Positions 8,611-13,374 of a DNA stretch of 13,374 nucleotides are shown here, in pieces; position 1 is the stretch's first letter; every line of letters starts with the position of its first letter. Location of the stretch: positions 1 to 13,374 of the forward strand of contig JBGSTX010000160.1 of NCBI GenBank assembly GCA_041736305.1, written 5' to 3'. The notes under the pieces are model-generated. The model was not told where the DNA came from, searched no databases, and saw nothing but the letters and a program-made list of their open reading frames with translations. Made by a program: the position numbers and the translations under genes. This DNA comes from Oligoflexus sp. (GTDB lineage: Bacteria; Bdellovibrionota_B; Oligoflexia; Oligoflexales; Oligoflexaceae).

Positions 8611-8669
8611 CTGTTGATCTGAGATTCCTCATCCATGGAAGCTCTTATATCTATGAAAAAAAACGTTCT

Positions 8670-10103
8670 CTAAGCATAAACTCCGTGAAGAAAGCACTGA
8701 CCTTTCTCATCACGAAAGACCCAAAGAATCTCTTTATGGCTGATGACCTGATAGTAATCGCGGACGGTATTGTCGCGATGGCGCCACCACTTATCCATTG
8801 TTCGCTCCTTGAATTTCCACAAATTCCGACCATGGGTAGCCCAAGGTTGAGGGCGGTTGAGGAGAAAAAGAGGGCGCTGTCGACCCAGGTGTTCGAGCTC
8901 GGGCAAATGCTCACGCTCGAAGACAACTGGGCTATGAAGACTGGTAAAAGCATCTTCAGGAACCCAGTCATCTACGACTTGATAGGCTTCCAAAGGGCGA
9001 TCCAGTTGATTTTCAAGCTTGATAAGTTCGTCACAAGAAGCCGAGTCATCGGCAAACAGGCGTCTTTGTTCAGCTAGCGGCCGGAAAGACTCCAAGACTC
9101 GTAATTGCCAGGAGACAATCCACGGAGTCTCGGCTTCGGGCTTCTGACGAGCCGCGCGCTGGGCGCGCTCGAAGGCGTAGGAGATTTGGAGTAGGGCTGT
9201 CCTCTGGTGCGGGGATTCTGATTGAAGGCAATGTGGATGGCGAAAAAGGATGGATAGGGGGATTTCTTGAAGATTATCGAGGACAATCAACCACTCCAAA
9301 CTCAAAATACGCTCCCCTTTCTTAAAAGAGTCTAAGAGGCATAAGCGATTTAGATCCTCGCGCAAAAAAGCTTCGAGAACCTGCCAATCGCTCAGCGGAA
9401 AATCAAGATGCCGGGTATGGGTCAGAGGTTGGGTAAGATGATAAGACTGCCAAGGAAAGGCTGCAGTTTCCTCTAGAGACCCCGACGAAGGACTCGTCAC
9501 ATGGGAAGGGAAAGTTTGCTCCCAAAGATCGGCGAGAAGGGGACCAAAACGCCGCTTAATCTGAGAGCTAGGCATGGTTTTTAATGAGGTGGGATAATCA
9601 CAGCAAAGCCTTCGCATCGCGATTTGCATAGCGCGCTTGTGCTTAAGGAATTTCTTTATTTCCTGCCGATGAAAAGCATAACGCTCCGCACAGGCCCACC
9701 AGAGGTCCCAACTTAAGGACGACATGATGTTGTGACTGAGTCGTTGATTCTCAGTGTTGACACCTCGGAAACCCTTCTGGGCAAGCAGACGCCCTAAAAG
9801 AAGAGCTTGCCAGGGCTGGGCACTGAGAGTGGCCGTGTAAGATCCTTCACCTAGAAAAGAAGAAAGGATCTCCTGTAAAACTTGGGCCAAAGTCTGGCTC
9901 TTGCTCTGAGCTTGCAAGCGCCAATAGCTGAGACAAGGCTTGAGATCGAGGAGCCACAGATCTGCTTCCCACTGCATGAGACGAGGTGTAAGAGTCTCGA
10001 GGTCCTCGGCTCGCAGCTCAGGATGGATCAGCGCGATAAAGCAGGGCTCCGCAGAGCTTGCAGCTGCGCTGGCATCATTGGGAAATAAGAGTAGTGACTG
10101 CAT
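8670..10103 (-). CDS. imuB: ImuB, divergent and probably catalytically inactive Y-family polymerase homolog
   Basis: HhH-like LKTMPSSQIKRRFG, clamp-binding-like QRRLF, and an ImuB-type C-terminus (WVPE, RPLFLL..P.P, ER...WW, RDYYQV, LWVFRD...FLHGVYA). Lies between imuA and dnaE2. ATG at 10103 has AAAGG 7 nt upstream; alternative start 10154. Confidence 0.85.
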   Translation of the reverse strand: MQSLLLFPNDASAAASSAEPCFIALIHPELRAEDLETLTPRLMQWEADLWLLDLKPCLSYWRLQAQSKSQTLAQVLQEILSSFLGEGSYTATLSAQPWQALLLGRLLAQKGFRGVNTENQRLSHNIMSSLSWDLWWACAERYAFHRQEIKKFLKHKRAMQIAMRRLCCDYPTSLKTMPSSQIKRRFGPLLADLWEQTFPSHVTSPSSGSLEETAAFPWQSYHLTQPLTHTRHLDFPLSDWQVLEAFLREDLNRLCLLDSFKKGERILSLEWLIVLDNLQEIPLSILFRHPHCLQSESPHQRTALLQISYAFERAQRAARQKPEAETPWIVSWQLRVLESFRPLAEQRRLFADDSASCDELIKLENQLDRPLEAYQVVDDWVPEDAFTSLHSPVVFEREHLPELEHLGRQRPLFLLNRPQPWATHGRNLWKFKERTMDKWWRHRDNTVRDYYQVISHKEILWVFRDEKGQCFLHGVYA

Positions 10104-10132
10104 AAATCGACCTTTTTTCGTAGATCTAAAAC

Positions 10133-10756
10133 TCAAAGAGATTGCGGATTCCATATCAATTGCTTGGGTCGACGCCCTTTTAAAATTTCGGCGCAGATGC
10201 TTTGCTTCTCACTATCAAACCAGCAGTTGATGCGCATGCGAGCCCAGACATTCCCGCTGCCTAAGGAAAGCTGATGGGGATGCAGGATCATCACAACTTG
10301 CTGATGGCGCCGGGCTTGTCGCGCGAGGAAACCATAATCATCCTCAGCTAGCTGCTGCACTCCGTCTAAGACGATGATGCGAAAGAGGCTCGAAAGAAAC
10401 AATGGCTTGAGCTCTTGGACAGGTCGCTGAGCCTGCACAAAGCGCAGCCGCGATAGATTTAAGCCATGAGCTTGCCAAGCTAAGGGATTAATAGAAATAT
10501 CCTGCCGTCCGTATACCCACAGAATCCAAGAGGGTGAATGCTGCGCGCTCACCAAAAAACGGAAAATCAATTCTCTTTGAGTCTGTGCCCAAGGCAAACC
10601 CCATTCACTGAGTTCGCCCCAACGTAAACCCCCTTCCAGAAAGTCATCCAGTACAGTCTGACCACTGCTCAAAGGAGGAGAGCTAGCTAAAGGAGAAGCG
10701 GTGCTCATCAAGCTTTCTCTCAGATTTTTTAGCGTGTTATGTGTCGTCACGACCAT
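10133..10756 (-). CDS. imuA: ImuA, RecA-like mutagenesis accessory protein
   Basis: RecA-fold remnants SSG...LD..LEGGLRWGELSE, INP.AW...GLNLSRLRFV and IIVLDG. Walker A is degenerate (GLPWAQTQ). Start is ATG 10756 or 10708; the ORF-track start at 10849 lies upstream of the predicted promoter. Confidence 0.82.
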   Translation of the reverse strand: MVVTTHNTLKNLRESLMSTASPLASSPPLSSGQTVLDDFLEGGLRWGELSEWGLPWAQTQRELIFRFLVSAQHSPSWILWVYGRQDISINPLAWQAHGLNLSRLRFVQAQRPVQELKPLFLSSLFRIIVLDGVQQLAEDDYGFLARQARRHQQVVMILHPHQLSLGSGNVWARMRINCWFDSEKQSICAEILKGRRPKQLIWNPQSL

Positions 10757-10768
10757 TCTCCATCTTAG

Positions 10769-10784
10769 CCATACAAGGGTATGG
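10769..10784. promoter_or_regulatory. Candidate LexA operator (SOS box) CCATAC-N4-GTATGG
   Basis: Perfect 6-bp inverted repeat with a 4-nt spacer overlapping the -10 and predicted TSS of the imu cassette; a lexA-like gene lies 2.3 kb away. Confidence 0.55.
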
Positions 10785-10809
10785 TATAGAGAGAGAAAGG
10801 CTTCGTCAA
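10781..10809 (-). promoter_or_regulatory. Putative sigma70 promoter of imuA-imuB-dnaE2
   Basis: Minus strand TTGACG (10809-10804), 17-nt spacer, TACCAT (10786-10781). Confidence 0.7.
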
Positions 10810-10998
10810 CCTTTCTTCGCGTGACATCTTGAGTGCGAATGAAAGACATGCTAGTGCAGAAAACACAGATTCAGAAAGCTGGAAAAATGCAGCATAAAGC
10901 CGGAAATTTAATCAAAAATCCAAGCAGTTCCCTGGGGCCGTATATCAAGATATGGCCTTCATCTGACGAAAATAGAAGGGAACACATGGAGAGTAAAT

Positions 10999-13068
10999 TT
11001 GCAGAAGCAGCACGGCGACAACATCCAGCGTCGACGAAATTTCCAACAGCTATTCGTGCTGGCTTGGGTCTTTTGGGTGCTTTTGCTGGTTTTGATCGGC
11101 CCCTCTATCGTCCACGATGAGATACAAACCTATATCTCTGATCCGGTCATGTTTCGCCTGCGGCATGCTCTGAAAAAAACGCCTCCCCTTTCGAATCGGC
11201 TCAAAGTATTCGCCCTCGACGATGGAACGATGAGTTACCTCAAGCAGCCCGAGCTGAGTACCGAAGACCTCGCTCTCTTGATCGCCAATATTGCTAAAAG
11301 AAATCCCAAAACCATACTCCTCGATCGGCTTTTTACCAATGCCCCTCCCGAAAGCGATGCCGCTAAATCGCTCGAAAAGCTGCGGATCGTGCGGGAGTCA
11401 TCGGTGCCTGTCTACTCAGGAGCCTGGATCAACGGGCAAGCTATAAGCTACAAAAAACCGCATCAACTGGATCCGGTTAATTATGGAATGAAGCACTGGA
11501 TAGAGGGTCACAGTAGCGGGACCGATAGCTTCGTTGCAGAGAATTTACAGAAGGCCCAGGGTTATATCTATGCCTACGACGAGGCCTTCCAGGGTAGCTT
11601 TGCCGGAGTAGGGCACCTGAGGTTCGACCGGGTCGGGAGCGTGTTTCCCTTGATCAATTACCAAGACCAGTTTCTACTGCCTCACATCGCCCTCTATGCA
11701 GCTAACAAAGCGACGATTCAAGACGGCCTCATGATCAATGGCTACAAGGTACCACTCAACAATGTGGGTGCTGTAACCGTCAACCATCGTCCGGTCAGCA
11801 TGTTCTACGAGAATATGAAAAGCCTTCGCTTTGCCATCGGCCGGGCCCGCAATGATCAGCCCGAGACCTGGGTGAATGAAGGCGATGTCGTCGTCATTCT
11901 CTTCAACTTCTTTACCGGCTCTACCGATTTCTTAGAAGGAGCTCCCTTCGGCAATCTGCCTGGCGGTCTTCTCGTCTCGACTTTGGTTGACTCCATCCTC
12001 GAAAACCGCTGGCTCACACCGATAGGCTACCTCTCTGGTCTCATCATCCTTATGAGTGTGCTCGGCGCTGCGATCGGCATGAGGACGGGGCCTATTCAGT
12101 TTTGGGGCGTCATCCTCCTGGTCGGAGGCGGCTACTTTATCATCGTCAACTATCTCTTCAGCTATCACGGCATCGTCGTCGGCTGGGTACTGCCAATGGC
12201 AGGCCTCGTGGGAGGTGGGACCGTCCAGTACATCTACCATCGCCTCGGCAGCGAATGGAAAGCGATCGAGCTGCAGAATCAATTTCTCCTCGAGCGCGCT
12301 CGCCGTTTAGAAGAAGAAGCCAGCAAAATCCAGTTAGCCGAACGCCTCAATCTCGGTCGTGCTGTGCAGGAAATTCTCTTGCCCGACCAAGACGAGCAAG
12401 TCTTTGGGCCCTTCCGCTACTCCATGAATTATTTGCCTGCCCAAGAGATGAGCGGCGACTGGGTCTATCTCTGGGGTAAAGGTGAAAGTGAGCGCCGGGT
12501 GCTCCTTGGCGACGTCGTAGGCAAGGGTCCTTCAGCAGCCATCCCAGTCGCTGTAATAATTGGGATACTCGGTGAGTGCGAACGCTTGGGTATGTCCATG
12601 CGAGAAACATTGCAAAGACTCAATCAAAGGATCAGCGAACTCTTTGATGGCCAAATCACCTGCTCCTGTGCAGCTATCATTCTTCATCGCCAAGGTCATG
12701 TTGAACTCTTGAACGCAGGCTCTCCTGGTTGGATAATCAAGGAAGGGGCTAAGTCACGTCATATACCTTTGCGTTCGACCTCACTCGGGATGGCGGGTGA
12801 ATCAGTCTTTGCTAGCCAGACTATAGAGCTAAGTGAGTCGACACTCCTCTTCACTTTTACTGATGGCTATATGGAAGGCGGGAGAGCACTTAAGCGATTG
12901 CTTGCTGCTATCGATGAGCTGAGCGAGCTGCCCCCTTTGGAGAACTTAGGCGGGCTGCTCGATAGGGTTGGAAAAGAATTCAGGCTCGAGGACGACCGAT
13001 CGCTCTTGATGATTCATGCGTTCGGCCTGGCGACTACGCCGCCCGTTCGTAAACCTACTGCAAGTTAA
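10999..13068 (+). CDS. Membrane-bound CHASE2-domain SpoIIE/RsbU-type PP2C phosphatase
   Basis: N-terminal TM; CHASE2-like segment (VFALDD...LALLI..I....PKTILLDRLF...PFG.LPGG) followed by three TMs; RsbU linker AVQEILLP; PP2C motifs MSGDW, GDVVGKG, NAG, FTDG and EDD. SD GGAG 7 nt before the TTG start. Confidence 0.88.
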   Translation: MQKQHGDNIQRRRNFQQLFVLAWVFWVLLLVLIGPSIVHDEIQTYISDPVMFRLRHALKKTPPLSNRLKVFALDDGTMSYLKQPELSTEDLALLIANIAKRNPKTILLDRLFTNAPPESDAAKSLEKLRIVRESSVPVYSGAWINGQAISYKKPHQLDPVNYGMKHWIEGHSSGTDSFVAENLQKAQGYIYAYDEAFQGSFAGVGHLRFDRVGSVFPLINYQDQFLLPHIALYAANKATIQDGLMINGYKVPLNNVGAVTVNHRPVSMFYENMKSLRFAIGRARNDQPETWVNEGDVVVILFNFFTGSTDFLEGAPFGNLPGGLLVSTLVDSILENRWLTPIGYLSGLIILMSVLGAAIGMRTGPIQFWGVILLVGGGYFIIVNYLFSYHGIVVGWVLPMAGLVGGGTVQYIYHRLGSEWKAIELQNQFLLERARRLEEEASKIQLAERLNLGRAVQEILLPDQDEQVFGPFRYSMNYLPAQEMSGDWVYLWGKGESERRVLLGDVVGKGPSAAIPVAVIIGILGECERLGMSMRETLQRLNQRISELFDGQITCSCAAIILHRQGHVELLNAGSPGWIIKEGAKSRHIPLRSTSLGMAGESVFASQTIELSESTLLFTFTDGYMEGGRALKRLLAAIDELSELPPLENLGGLLDRVGKEFRLEDDRSLLMIHAFGLATTPPVRKPTAS

Positions 13069-13074
13069 GCTCAC

Positions 13075-13374
13075 TCAACCGAAAGCATTATCCGCAAAAA
13101 CTCGCTGGAGAGCAAGCACCCGACCCAGGACGGTAAAGGGATCGCGATCCGCATAGATTTCATCAAAATCCGGATTCTCCGGTTTGAGATACCAACCGCT
13201 GCGCTCATCGAAAATGAGGCGTTTAACCGTCGCACTCTCGCCAACTTGAGCGACTACGATTGAACCGCTAGGAGCTTCCTCCTGCTGATGCACGATCAGC
13301 CAGTCTCCATCAAGTATGCCGGCGTTTATCATGCTGAGACCAATGGCCTGGAGAGCAAAGAGCTTCTCCGGAGC
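13075..13374 (-). CDS. lexA: LexA-type repressor, C-terminal S24 peptidase domain (5' part lies beyond the window)
   Basis: The frame is open to the window edge: APEKLFALQAIGLSMINAGILDGD...IVVA...ATVKRL...LKPENPDF...VLGRV. Catalytic Ser (GLSM) and Lys (TVKR) are present. The DNA-binding domain is not visible, so an UmuD-like or phage-repressor-like protein is not excluded. Confidence 0.82.
   Translation of the reverse strand, partial: APEKLFALQAIGLSMINAGILDGDWLIVHQQEEAPSGSIVVAQVGESATVKRLIFDERSGWYLKPENPDFDEIYADRDPFTVLGRVLALQRVFADNAFG

Noticed and set aside
8598-9077. 159-aa + strand ORF
   Set aside because: Antisense to the conserved ImuB C-terminus, TTG start, no recognisable domain.
10757-10998. 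Known LexA boxes (TTAC-N3-GTAA, GAAC-N4-GTTC, CTGT-N8-ACAG) upstream of imuA
   Set aside because: None was found by eye in this intergenic region.
10833-11120. 95-aa + strand ORF overlapping the phosphatase start
   Set aside because: It overlaps the better-supported CHASE2-PP2C gene out of frame and has no motifs.
10850-13074. Possibility that the phosphatase gene arrived on a mobile element
   Set aside because: No transposase, integrase, terminal inverted repeats or target-site duplication is visible.

Overview
Chromosomal bacterial region; the gene content and style suggest Oligoflexia/Bdellovibrionota, which is an inference. Left half (+ strand): a 5'-truncated hybrid histidine kinase (REC-PAS-PAS-HisKA-HATPase-REC), a YfiF/TrmH-like SpoU RNA methyltransferase, an unknown lipoprotein and a standalone PilZ protein. 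Right half: a complete imuA-imuB-dnaE2 mutagenesis cassette (- strand). It is separated from the 3' half of a co-oriented lexA-like gene by an oppositely oriented CHASE2-SpoIIE(PP2C) phosphatase gene. The strongest novel signal is a sigma70-like promoter for imuA (TTGACG-N17-TACCAT) whose -10/TSS is overlapped by a perfect palindrome, CCATAC-N4-GTATGG. This is a candidate SOS box that matches none of the LexA boxes I know. Secondary signals are an unannotated 40-aa transmembrane ORF in frame after the methyltransferase stop, a small membrane protein with a ~180-nt structured leader, and a hairpin plus uORF between imuB and dnaE2. No mobile element, CRISPR array, tRNA or rRNA was seen.
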